Source of the DNA: Histomonas meleagridis 2922-C6/04-290x
Lineage: Eukaryota; Protista; Parabasalia
Direction: 5' to 3'
Assembly (NCBI GenBank): GCA_020184695.1
Contig: JAANOX010000213.1
Location: 1,931-65,930 of the forward strand
Length of the DNA stretch: 64,000 bases
Within the stretch, counting starts at the first letter, position 1, and each line of letters starts with the position of its first letter. Position numbers and translations under genes: made by a program. Shown here piece by piece: positions 25,500-38,187 of the stretch. The notes under the pieces were generated by a model, which worked only from the letters and a program-made list of their open reading frames with translations, did not search any database and was not told the origin of the DNA.

Positions 25500-27458
25500 T
25501 CGCTAACTCGACATCTTGAGCTCTTTTTTGATTTTGTAACTTTGCTATTTTCGAATTTGTATTTTTCTGTATTTGTGCTTTATGTTCCTCAAAATTTAAA
25601 TATTCTTCTAATTCAGCATCAAGAGCGATTTTATTTTCTTCGGTTGCTTGTAATTCCTCTTATTCTTTGATGTCTCTTCCACGTTTCTTTGTTTGATTTG
25701 AAATTAGTACTTTTTTCTTAGCGTTTTTAACAATCGGTTTTTTGTGCCTTTTGCTTATTTCTGGTTTTAATACTACGGTTGTTTGATATGCTTCTAATTC
25801 TTGTGCTTTTATTTTATCATTAATTGTTATTCGTTGTTCCTCGATTTCAGCTTCTACCAATCTTTCAAATCTTGCTTTTGCTTATAATCCAGTTCGTTGT
25901 TTTTTTTTTTCAATTAGTTGTTGTTGATACATACCATTGATGCTTGTTATGTACTGACTATCAAAACGCCTGATATTGCTCCGGCGTTAATGCTGTTATT
26001 CTTTTAATTTTTTTTTTTCAGATTTTATTTCAGCTTTTTTTGAGTCTTTAATAATTCATTATCATAACGTGCTTTTTCTAATTCATATTGTGTTTGTGCT
26101 CGCTTCTCATTTGCATTCTTATAATCTTCTGATTTTGAAACTTTCTGTGAAGTTTCATTTTCATTCTTAACTTTTCCTAACTCACGTTGCGAGCTACTTT
26201 TAATTCGCATTTGTTCATTAGCTTCTATTTCATGTTGACGTTCAATAATAGACATTTTTGCTTCAGCTAATTGTACTTAAATTGTTGCGTATTGATTTTT
26301 TGATACATCTATATAACCTTTATACTGAGTTTGTTTAAATTTTGCCAAAGCTTTTGCGTCACGTTTAGTTTCTTGTTGAGCTTTGTTTGCTAATTCATGC
26401 TGACGTTCAATCTCTTTTTCTGCCATTTCACGTTCTTGCTATTCTTCATTATACTTTGCTTCAGCAGCTTTTGTCGCTTTTTTCATATTTCTTTCTTGTT
26501 CATCCAAATTTTTCTTTCTAGCTGATTCATCTTGTTTCTCTCTCCGCGTATCATTCATTTGTTGTTGATGAAAATCGTTTTGATTTCTCATATCATGTAT
26601 TGCGTCATGATTTACGTTTTGTGGAGTTTGTGATAAAGCAACGAAAAGAAATGGATTTTGTAAATTCGTTATCATTTGTGACCTAGCAGTATTGAAATTT
26701 CGATAATTCGATGGAGGAAGAATATTTGTTCTTACCGAAGCGTTAGAATTGAATGTTGGTGCTTGAGTAATCAGTTGATGCCTTAATTCGCATTTAACTT
26801 TTTTCTTTGTTTTCCTAATCCTTCGTTTAATTGTTTTATTTGCCATCTAATTAAGATTAGAAATATTGATTAATAGATATTTATATCTTGCTCTCCATCC
26901 GCGTTGTACAGGTACATTATAATCTTGTTCTTGACGTTCTGACGAAATTTGACGTTCTGACGATACTATTTCTTCCTTTTGCTTATAACTTTGCTCTTCT
27001 TCATTTTATGTTTGTTCGACCGAAGGAATTTCCTCAGCATCAATATTAATATCATTTTTTTAATATCTGTATTTTTTCTTGAGCTTTTTATGCTCACCTG
27101 TTAATTTATCTAATCATGAATTCGATTATTTTATGCTCCATTTATAATTGGTCATTTGATAAATAAACTTTACCCTTGTTGTTTTTAATTACTTTTTGAC
27201 TAACCGTTGAAGTTTTTGGTTTCCTTGCTGTTACTCTAGCATTACCGTTCTTGAAGAATTTAACGTCAAAGAATTCATTTTCGATTCCTTTTTTAGCATT
27301 AGCGATTATAATTTCTTTTTCTATTTATGTTGAATTTTTTTACTGATTTCTTTGTTATCTTAACTGAAGTTTTTACTTCATAAAAGTTTTCGTTATCCTC
27401 ATCCTGAACAATATCTGTTTCAGTTTCGTGTAAAACTTAAAACTTCATTTTCTGTCAT
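25500..27458 (-). pseudogene. Cluster of decayed basic/coiled-coil virus-like core genes upstream of the capsid gene
   Basis: ORFs 26439-26846, 26025-26255 and 25660-25860 plus an interrupted frame from ATG 27458; K/R-rich N-termini (MANKTIKRRIRKTKKK), coiled-coil runs, compact co-oriented spacing. Confidence 0.45.
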
Positions 27459-27539
27459 TATTTATATTTCGTGAAAAAATAATTTTCACTCTATTATTAT
27501 TCTACATTCGTTTTACTTGTGGCATAACTGCAGGTCTAA

Positions 27540-27907
27540 TTGTCCATAAATCTATTTCGAGCTTTATCCAGCTTGAATTCAAGGTTAAGTTCTGTCGAAT
27601 ATCCTCTGTCCAGTATCAATTACTCGGTAGGCTACTTTTTTGCTCTGATCTACCGTTTAATTTCGTCTTCAATTATACCGTCAGAAACTGCATCAACTAT
27701 TCTATTAATTTTATCTGTTATATCTTCTTTCCGCTTTCTTACTGTATCGATTATTCCTGGAATCTTTTTACCAAATTCGATTCCACTAATGATTATTGGC
27801 GAGACCTTACCGTAAATTTTCTTTCCTGTATCAATAACTTTCACTACATATCGTCCTGCACCTTGGATAAATTTCATTATTTTATTAAAGATTCGACCTG
27901 ATCCCAT
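27540..27907 (-). pseudogene. Small virus-like protein with an MG start and amphipathic helices
   Basis: MGSGRIFNKIMKFIQGAGRYVVKVIDTGKKIYGKV; first gene of the structural cluster. Confidence 0.45.
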
Positions 27908-27943
27908 TTAATATAATTAAAAAAACATTTAAATAACATCTAA

Positions 27944-29103
27944 ATGAATCTAAACGTTAATTAAGAAATTGACAAAACACATCTTAAAACTCACAGTCAC
28001 GTAAAAAAACACGTGCAAAATAAATTTCCATATGTCAGTGATAAGAAAATTGAAAAAGTAATTTCAAGTAGATTAATAGATAAATTCATTAAAACAAAAG
28101 ATATAAAATTTCATATGATGAAAATATTTTTATTAATTTCTAATTGTTGGTTCCATGAATAATATGATAATACAAAAGATAAAACCCCAAGATATTGGCA
28201 CGTATTTATTGGCACAAATAATAGATATGTTCATTGTTTACAATTGATGTCGAAATCAGCTTCGGCAGTACATGAAACGATAAGACAATTCGTCGAAAAA
28301 TTCCATCCTGTAAAATTAACGTCAAATGAGAAATCAGCATTCATTTAAAGAAATAATTTAAAACTTCTTTCTGATAATAAATTTTCCGTTCATACGATAT
28401 CAAATAGAAACCATTCGTCTTTAGGCATTATTGATTCATGCGAACAATAAAAGATATGAATACTCTAACGGAAAAATCAAAACATTAATCACATGATGAA
28501 AAATATACGTTCATTACTCCAGAAATAATGAAAAAGTTTCTGAATATTTATAATTATACTTACCATTCAGCCATCGGTTGTTCTCCAAAAGAAATGTTCG
28601 ATAATAAGAATTTATAAAAATTATATATCTTTAAATGTTAAGAAGCCTCAGATGAACAGAAGAAAATAGACAATCTCATTTTTCCTGTCAGTTCATTTGT
28701 ACTTTATGTATTACCACGTCATGATGGAATAACTAAGACAAGATTTCAAATCAGCCGTTAATGTTATAAAATTGATTAACAAAAAGGCAACATGTACGTA
28801 TTAATTGCTCAAGACGGAACGGTAATAACAAAACCAAGATTTAAATTAATACCGATTTGTGAGAATAAGCATGATAATATTAAATGGGCATCAACAATTC
28901 CTGGTAAATGGAACGGTACCGTTGAAAATATTGGGTCATTTAATCCTAAAACAGATAAGTATAAAGTACTTTTTACCGTTCCTGGAAAACGTTCGTATAA
29001 AGATGAAATTCCTGCTTTATTTCTCCGCGATAATACTTCTCATAAACGGTCAGAAATTGATGAAGAATATTTTGAAAATACTACTAATACTACTAAAAAA
29101 TGA
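27944..29103 (+). mobile_element. Retroviral-like (rve) integrase of Maverick/Polinton type, pseudogenised
   Basis: RYWHVFIGTNNRYVHCLQLMSKSASAVHETIRQFVEKFHPVKLTSNEKSAF..NHSSLGIID..MRTIKD..IYNYTYHSAIGCSPKEM, then SH3/chromo-like C-terminal ORF 28792-29103. Confidence 0.85.
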
Positions 29104-30829
29104 AACCAGCTAAAGGAAATCCGAAAGCGTTTTGTGAGTTTATCCGTTAATGTATTTATATATTTGTTCTTTCGTTTCATAACTAACGTTAGTTATCAAT
29201 AATGATTATGTTGATAAGCATGAAATAGCATCATCAAATATAGAATAAAAATGAATAAAGTTGAGATAACATAAAGAACTGGGGGGGACAAAGTTAACAT
29301 ATATAACATTGAAAAACATTTAATATACATGTCCATTAACAAATATAACATAGCATGAATTAAATTAATAAATGTGAGTATATATGATTATTAAATATGA
29401 ATATTATATTAATTTGTATATTATAATAAATTATGACTTCTCTACTCTAATTTAGTGTCTCTTTTATGATTCAAATAATGAAATTTTTTCGAATATTCTA
29501 AGTTATCTTGATCTATCAATGAACAAAATGTATAAATTTAATATAGTTATATGAATTATTATGATACTCAACTTAAAAACAAATTTTTTATATTATGCAT
29601 AAAAAATAGTAGTAACTGGAAATGTAATAAAAATAATTGTACTTAATGAATTGGATATAAAATATATTGGAAAGCGTAGATTTCATTCATTATTATAAAG
29701 GGGATACTATAAAATATTTAAAAATGATTTTCTCGGAAAATTATATTTATGCTACAATTATAAAAATTGTACATTACAATTATTTTTCGGATCAAGGTTC
29801 GTAAAATCACCTATAAAGATCTTTAATAATGTTAAATGTCAATTAATATATATATAAGTGATTTATAATTACAAAGAAGATTTTAAAAATTTAAAATGGA
29901 AATGTTTTCATGTTGAACTATTTCAAGATTAATATACAGTTTATTAATGATTATTAATTATGATTATGATCAAAAAATGAACTAATCGTAATCATATCAA
30001 AAATTGATCAATAAATTCATATTTCTCATAAAATCACTTAGCATAATGACAATAACTTCATATACTTATTTGTCGGTAACTTTAGAAATATTATAAGATA
30101 TACATTCATGTACATATAAGACTCTGAATAAGTTGAATCCCCGTGTTTTTGGTAAGATTTGAAAAAAGAATATTATCAAATTAAAATTATTCCAATTTTT
30201 GTCATTAAAAATTATATATTTCATTAGATTTATATTTCAAAAAATAATCTAACATTTTTTAAAAAAAGAATAGATTATTTCAATATTTTTTTCATACAAA
30301 AATGAAAAATTTACGAGAGAATAATATTATTGCTTATAAATGAATCTGTGTAATTGTTAAGTTCACTTTTTGGATAAATGTTTGGAATTAACTGCTTTTT
30401 ACGCATAATTTTCTGTATAAATATTGAATTATTATTCAATAATTGAATAAACATCATTTTATTATACATTGGGGTGGACCACGATATAGGATTGATTAAT
30501 GACGATTTTTTTCAAAAATTAAATTTGCGAAATTTCGAAATTTGTAACAAAAAATTTACACAAAACAAAATCTGAACAATATAACAAGATGTTATCAAAT
30601 AAAGATAATATATACATATTTTCAAAAAATTAAATTTTCGAAATTTCGAAATTAATAACATAAATTTACACAAATCGATATTTAAATAACATGATGGAAT
30701 ATAATTATTAATATTCCTTTCCTCAATTTTCTATAAACCAAAAATAATCATAACACTCGAAGATATGAATTTTTACTTGTTCCAACTCTTTTTTTTTTTT
30801 TTTATCGCAATCCATTACTATTGTAAACT

Positions 30830-31690
30830 TTGTGTCTGCAATTGCAAAATTAATTGAACGGCGGCCCTAAACATTTGATTCTAATTGAGAATAACATTCC
30901 ATCTCCACATGAACTCTGATATATGTTCATTAAATTTTTTTTCTGGGATTCCTTCATATCTTTTATCAATTTTTTATAGTTCCCTACGAAGTCTTTCTAT
31001 CATTTGAGTGTGCGCTTTAGTTTCAGGATCAACAAAATTACATGAATGATTAACAGTTTCATGCTCGTAATCATTGTCATCATCAAGAAAGTCATACGCT
31101 TCCCAGCAATCAGAAATTATTTTAGTTCCAAGTAATATATGATTACGAATCTCTTCTTCTAATGTTTCTTTTGTTCGATCGAGTACAACAAGACACAAGA
31201 ATTGTCTATTATCAATACAAATTCTTCCAAAAATCCATACTTGATTTAAACATCGTCCGACATTATATTTTCTTCGGCACATTGAAGTTTCATCTATTTG
31301 AACAGTTTTATCAGGACCGCCAACAACAAGACCTTCTAAAAATAAAACATATGCATCACATGCATTTCGAAATAAAGTAAAATAATAAGTCACTGTGTTT
31401 CTGCTCACTTCTACTTCTCTTGCAGTATCTTTACATGAATATTTATATACCCAACAATATAATAAATAAAAAATCTTAGAAAGTGGTATTTTTGCTGAGT
31501 AATAAATACTTCCATAGAAAATACTTTTTGATCTGTGGCATTATGGGAATATAAATTTGTTTCCAAATTATTTTGAAGAATCGCTGTAGATCTGCATATC
31601 GAAATTACATTATTCACACATCATTCGATCATAAATAACTCCATTCTGTAATGCGAATTGAACAGCTGCGTTCTCATTCGTAAAAAGCCA
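30830..31690 (-). mobile_element. Merlin/ISXO2 (IS1595-like) DDE transposase pseudogene, near full length
   Basis: N-terminal CxxC remnant; VGGPDKTVQIDET..RRKYNVGR, IISDCWEAY, HETVNHSCNFVDPETKAHTQMIE, then HISEFMWRW. Confidence 0.92.
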
Positions 31691-33199
31691 AAAATAAGAA
31701 AGAGTATTATCAATAAACGGGAAAGATAATTGTTGATACTGATTGTAATTCATAATAACATATAAATATTAAACGCATAATGCATAAAATATTGAATTAT
31801 TATTAATATGGAAAATAAATAAAAGCGTATACATTAAAAGAAAATTAATTTATTAGTCTGAGTCAGTAGTAATAATAATCAAATATTATAATCAGCAAAA
31901 TCAATTAATTCATATAATATTCCATAAATAGCTCAATTAATCAAATATAATATATTCTATCTAAATCCATCTGAATTTTATAAAAATAATTAGTTTAAAT
32001 ATATTTGTGATCGAATATATAATGATTATTGTTATCTAGACATTTAGCTCATAAAAAAATTAATAATATAATTTTATTATATAGAATGAATGGATTTCAA
32101 TATATATCAAAAAATATATGAGGGTCAATTTGTATTGACTCACATATCTCTACATCAAATGAATAAATAATATTTTGAATATTATTTTATTATATAAGAT
32201 GTGTGTATTAATGAACTAGAATTTAAGTCCTTAAACTTCTATTTGATGATGAAAAAAATTTGTTTGAAATTTTGATGATGACCAAAATTTCATTTAGAAA
32301 GTCCGAAAAAATCATGGTTGGATTTATGTCAATTTTATAATTAAATATCTCATTCTTATTTATTTGAAATATAAAATCATGTATGTAGTATCGAAGAATC
32401 TAGTTAGAGGAAATTATATCTGCATAAGAAATAAAAATGATTTGTAAAAAATGCAAAAAAAGTGAATTTTCCATACTTATTCCAGAATACTAATAAAATG
32501 AACGACAGTAACTTAATTGAGTCATTTACATAGATCTTCCCAAAAAATTCATATGCAAGTGGAAAAAACATAGAATTTAAATATCAGACAATCCATTAAA
32601 TATTATTATAAGTTTTCAAGTATGCTTCGTATAATATGGAATATGTTCGAAAGCTGATCCCATATAAATTGACTGTTTTTAGAAGAAATGAAATGGTACA
32701 ACATTCAAATGAATTTTGAGAAAAATTGATGAAAGTTAGAAAAAAGTTTTTTATTTATATTATAACAAATAAAAGTCTAATGTTATATTTAATATTTGAA
32801 AGTTATAAAATTATGTTGTCAGCTAATAAAGATATCATCCGTAACTCAATGTTAATTTTATATAACAATTTATGTTTGCAACTCTACTTGATGAAAATAC
32901 CCTTGTATTTCACATTATAACTGCAGTTATTTCACTTGTTTGAGTAAATAGTTATAAATTATTAGAAAATATAATCATTTAAGAGAATTTCTTATACGAA
33001 AATCGATACATTAACTTTAAGGTGTTTCATATAAATTCGATTATATTATGATAAAATGAGATATATATATATTCATAAAATCGTAATATTTATTATTGAT
33101 ATATGAATGAGGGGTAAATATAAATCGATCTAAATACCCTAATTTCTGGTTAGTAAAAAATAAGTTTTAAAATATTATATTATTATGTAGAATATGTTT

Positions 33200-34460
33200 A
33201 TCAACAGCTAATGCATCAGCATATTATAGTTTTATTTGTATGCATTTAAGAAATCAATGCAGATATTATTATTTCTCTTTTTCGATCAAATGTCAATTTT
33301 TCCGATTTATTTTTCTTCAAATATTTGGCTTTAAGCTTTCGAACAACCTTTTTATAATATGCACGTAATGATGCAGCAATTACAACATCGAACCGTTGAA
33401 TGATGTGTGTCAAATGGCAAGGAAAAGTGCATACTATAATATTATTTTTTCGGGAATTTTTTATCGCTTTTAAGTTCTCTATTGATGTATGGGAATTCAA
33501 AACGACAATATTGGCTGACCGGAGTCCATACCATTCCTTTCTTTATATGAATGAATCCAATTGGTGAAATAAACCGAATATTCATAAAATAAATCTTGTG
33601 TCATTGAACCATTCGTATTTGCATAAATTGGGAAGTTTTTTTCATCAGATATATTTTTTAACTTCTGTGGAACATTTAATAGACCACCGATAATCAAAAA
33701 TGGCATCGGGAAGTTATGATTAGTTGAAAACCTAATCACGACAGAAAAATGATCAATGATTTGATTTTGAGTTTTGAAAACCGGTCTTTTCAAATTTCAA
33801 GGTGCTGCGACCCTTGTCATGTCATTCCGATTGATTCCCATTTCATCCATATTAAAAATTGAATTTTTGGGAAATAATAACGAAATATCTTGTGTAAATA
33901 TGTTATCAAACCAAAATTAAATATTTAATGCACAAGATGCTTGTGCACGTGATATATCCAATGAATCAGATCTGACAAGCTTTAATTCGTGTTTTTTTTT
34001 CAAATTTGTACATCCAATCCACCTCGAGTTTAATTACTTCTATATTAACTTCGTTTTTGATTTTTTGTGATTTTATTAGATCAGCAAATGCATTGGCAAA
34101 CTTAATTTGTTCAACTCTGAATGTATATGCTTTGTTTTGTATTTCTTCAACATTTGGTGCTATGTTTTTGTCATTTCTTTTGATAATCCATTGTAATAAT
34201 TCTTCTTGATATCGTGGGTTCAAATAAAGTGCTGTTACCGAATGTTTTTTATGTTTATTTGAACCCAAATCCGCTATTGTATCTAAACCGAGTGCGTACG
34301 ATATTAAGACACCATAAAAATAATTCGTGGAAACGAAGAACTCTTTGGCAATTGGTCGTATGACACCTGGATTTTCCTCGGCTGCAGTTACCATTTGGTA
34401 GTATTTTGATATGTGTGACCTTACAGCAGCGGATAATTTTAATATTCTGCATTCCAACAA
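33200..34460 (-). mobile_element. pogo/Tc5-like (DDE_1, CENP-B-type HTH) transposase pseudogene
   Basis: HTH-like ORF 33966-34460; FNMDENG near 33850; NGSMTQDLF; SH.S...NIIVCTFPCHLTHIIQRFDV. Confidence 0.8.
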
Positions 34461-34639
34461 TTTTATCGTATTCTAGAAGTTTTTTCTGACAGAAAAATAC
34501 TTCCAGCAAATGCTATGACTTGTGAAAGGTATTTTCTAATCAATGTTATCATATTTTTTTTTATGTACGAAGATTGATATACCAATATCTGCAGTTGGTT
34601 ACTGGTGTTTATTGTGATCTTTCGCAATAACTGTTAGTA

Positions 34640-34830
34640 AATATATTGTTGGAAAAATACCTCTACGAATTCATTCATCATATTTCTCATTATTTGATAT
34701 GAGATATTATCCTAGCCGAGAAAAATTATTAATGAAATTAATGCCTAGTTATAAGAATATTGTAATAGCGCCTATGTGTGATGAAGGAACTTCATCAGCA
34801 AAAAGTGTCGTTGAATGGATGCTCCACAGA
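34640..34830 (+). pseudogene. Internal fragment of a second capsid-protein copy
   Basis: KIPLRIHSSYFSLFDMRYYPS..KLLMKLMPSYKNIVIAPMCD aligns by eye with LMLFNMRYHPN*SNKLSIEQMSSLQNLVIAPVCD at 44120-44220. Confidence 0.6.
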
Positions 34831-35879
34831 CATACTTAGACAACTGATAAAGTCATAATTAAATTAGCATTATATTTGATAATCAATGTTTTTAATGCAT
34901 TAGCCGCTAAGTATATTCAGATTCCGATGTTATTTCCAATCCATGTGTGTGAAATAATAGATTTATGAAAAAACAAAATAATCATTAAAAAAATTAGATT
35001 GAGTTTCTCATAATACACAAAAAATAATTAACTATTGAATGAGATAGATAGATAATAGAAAAGATAATTGTGAGATTAGATTGGAAACATTTCAGAAGTT
35101 GATGAAATATAATATAACGATCATATTAATCATTATGTTGAAGAATATTTTCCGAATAAAGAAAAAATTTCGATTATGTCAAAAGTCAAATCGTTTCAAT
35201 AAGTCAAAAAAAGAATGATACGTCAAGCTGACATCATCTTCGCGCTCGGGGGAACCCGAAGCCAAAAAATTACAAACGTTCATAATACACAGAAACAAAA
35301 TGAAAAAATAAAACTTAAAAGAATTATAAAAATTTAAAAATCATAACAGAAAAATGATGTCATCAAAATTTGATGACAAAAGATATTTCGTCTCTAAAAA
35401 ATTATTATATATGAAAAGTTTGATTAATTAAAAAGTTGAAAATGATTTATTAATCCCAATGAATCAACAAACAATGAATAAGCTTTCATGGAGTTATAAA
35501 AAATCAAACGTCAAAATATATAATTTTCACAAAAAAATATTTGTTGCTGATAAAAAACCTTCATCAATTTAATATATAAAAGTTCCTCAAACAAAAAGTT
35601 TTTTTGGATACACTTAAAAAAAAATGAAATATATCTTCGTTTGGGAGAACTTCAAGAAGTTATCAATCCATTAAAATTATGAAAAGGGATTAATTTATCA
35701 AAATATTAGGAATTTTCGTGTGTGTGAACTGATGCAAGAGATAATGTTTGGATATGAATGTTTTGATGGAGAATATCGATATTTTGGGTATATTGCTGAA
35801 ATAAAAAAATTTGAAATTCATTTATCTAAAATCATTTAAGGTAAAAATATATGAAATCTACACGTCAATTAATCAAGAT

Positions 35880-36420
35880 TTGAACGTTACCTAAAGGTTA
35901 ACGGATCGCTGATCTCCAATAGCTTTAGCTGTCGCGGTAATATTGAATGTTTAATTATCACGGTATTGATTTAGATGAATTATCAGTGATAAATAATGAT
36001 ATATATAATATTAACGATAAATTAACAGGAATTGATTATAATATAGATTATGTCGATACAAATGAAGATATGAATGATGATTATGATTGTAGCGGAATAG
36101 AACATTACGTAGGTTCTGATGATAATATTGATACTTGTCTCAGATTCGAAGTTTGTGATTGCAAAAAAGTAAATATTCAGAATCGATAATATTAGTCGTA
36201 ATAATATTAATATAAATCGTATGCCTCCTATTAATAATATTTATGTTAATAACTTGTCATTAAAAAATCATACTCATGATACTATTAATAATGATTAAAA
36301 TGTCAATGTAATATATTGTGAAACAATTAAAGCAAAATTACCTGAAGAATAATTTCATTAAAACGGATATTATATCTCAAACAGTATTGGCGAAGGTTCT
36401 AACTCAACAGTAAAAAGCAA
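35880..36420 (+). pseudogene. Viral fibre-like gene fragment
   Basis: LKVNGSLISNSFSCRGNIEC, LKNHTH and ISNSIGEGSNSTV; 36368-36414 matches the reverse complement of 38783-38829 at 45/47 nt. Confidence 0.5.
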
Positions 36421-37072
36421 TAGTTTTTATGAAAAATCTATTGGAATCTGTACCGCAAAACATAACTTTGTTTACAAATCATAAGATTGCGAGCAAAACT
36501 CCGCTTAAGCGGATGCTTTTATTTTTGTGGAATCAAATGTATGAACATTCGTTATTTTCCAATAGACTGTTACTTCAAGCATTTCTTATATCTCATCTTT
36601 CCGAATGCTGTATTTGAACACATGTGGTTCATTAAAACCATTCATTCTAAATTCCGAGATTTCAATAAAAAAAAAAATTAATCCAGGATTTTTTCCTTAC
36701 ATCAACACGTCAGATATAGATTTGAGATAATTTGTAATATTTACAGATTTTAATGATACTAATATGTATGTATCATGTAAAATTCAAGCATTAATTGCTT
36801 CAAAAGTATTGAAATGAGATAAATATAAATTATTGAGAACTTTTATTCAAACGCAAACGGTCCCAAGAAGTGAGTTGGAATGAATTACTGATTAAATTAA
36901 AAATCACAATGTAAGTCAGAATATTTTATATAATGATACAAAATAAACTTTTAATTTCAATGAATCAACAAACAATATATAAGCTTTCATTAAGTTATAA
37001 GAAATCAAACGGAAAAACATATAATTCTTACAGTAAAATATTTGTCCCGAATAAAAAAATCATGATCTTTGT

Positions 37073-37810
37073 TTGTCAAAAAAATGTATCAAACAAAAAG
37101 TTTATTTATATTTATATTCCGGAGTGAGTGAAAATAAAATAAGGTGTGGAATTCATTGTCCAAAAATTATTTGGATTAAGATTTATTTGAAACAAAAACT
37201 TTATTACATCGACAAATGCGGAGCGAATATGTCAAGTGTTCAATCAATTCCTGCTGTACTTCGATACACAAACCGAAGCTTTAAAGACAAAAACACCAAG
37301 ATTAGAGAGTTAATAGAAAAATTATATGAGGCAAGAATGAAAGCATAATTAAACGGAAAAATTGTCAACAACATTGAAATTCATATGAATTCATGTTTTG
37401 GTTATCCAATACAAAAGCCAAAAGTTATAAAACATAAATTTGTAAATGACGTATATAAGTATATTGATGAATTCGCGTATTATGTATTAAAATACACGTA
37501 TGAAGCTGACGGAATTTAAGGATTAGTTGATAACGTGAATTTTTATGTTGAAAATTTCACTTATCTTCAATCCACGAAAAGTGTTTAAGATGATTCTAAA
37601 TACGAAATAAATTTAATGAATAATCTTGTTAACATCTATTATTCATTCGTTGATTCCGCGTTAATATCATAAGAAGATTTTATGTTATTGAAAGATAAAG
37701 GATTTGATGGTAATGAATTCGGAAAATTCAAGATTGAACATGTATTTACAGAAATATACTTAAAATCTCCGGAAAATTGGAATGGTAAGCATGAAGACAG
37801 AATACTGTAA
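37073..37810 (+). pseudogene. Protein-primed family B DNA polymerase (pPolB), C-terminal half, decayed
   Basis: One frame: NTKIRELIEKLYEARMKA*..HMNSCFGYPIQKP (motif B), IYYSFVDSALI (motif C, YxDTDS-like), GNEFGKFKIEHVF. Confidence 0.8.
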
Positions 37811-38187
37811 AAATTCGAGTGATCCGATAAGAAAATTACTGAGTATTATGAGCAGAAGATGATTACAATAAGTCATATCAACTTGGTTATATTGGTTATT
37901 AATAACCTAATTAATTAGGTCACTTTAAAATATAATATATACTCATAAAAATTTATTTTAAATCACTCGATAATTGGATTGGTGAAAATATTGATAAATA
38001 TATATCATGTTAATTAACATTATTAATAATGAGTATTAAAATATAAGTATTAATCGCGAAAATCTCATAAAAACATTTATTGAATTATATAAATAGAGTT
38101 ATATTTTTACATATCGAATCTCATATTTGATTTGAATTATTTGACATAACATTAATACCAAAACTATTATATAAAAATCCTGCCCAT

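Noticed and set aside
36440-36690. Minus-strand LMNHMCSNTAFGKM as a second PolB motif B
   Set aside because: No flanking polymerase motifs could be recovered.
30830-37810. In-frame TAA codons in Merlin and pPolB suggested a TAA=Gln alternative genetic code
   Set aside because: Host ORFs of 700-2700 codons have no internal TAA, use CAA for Gln and end in TAA. The stop positions in pPolB correspond to different expected residues (K, L), as in ordinary decay.
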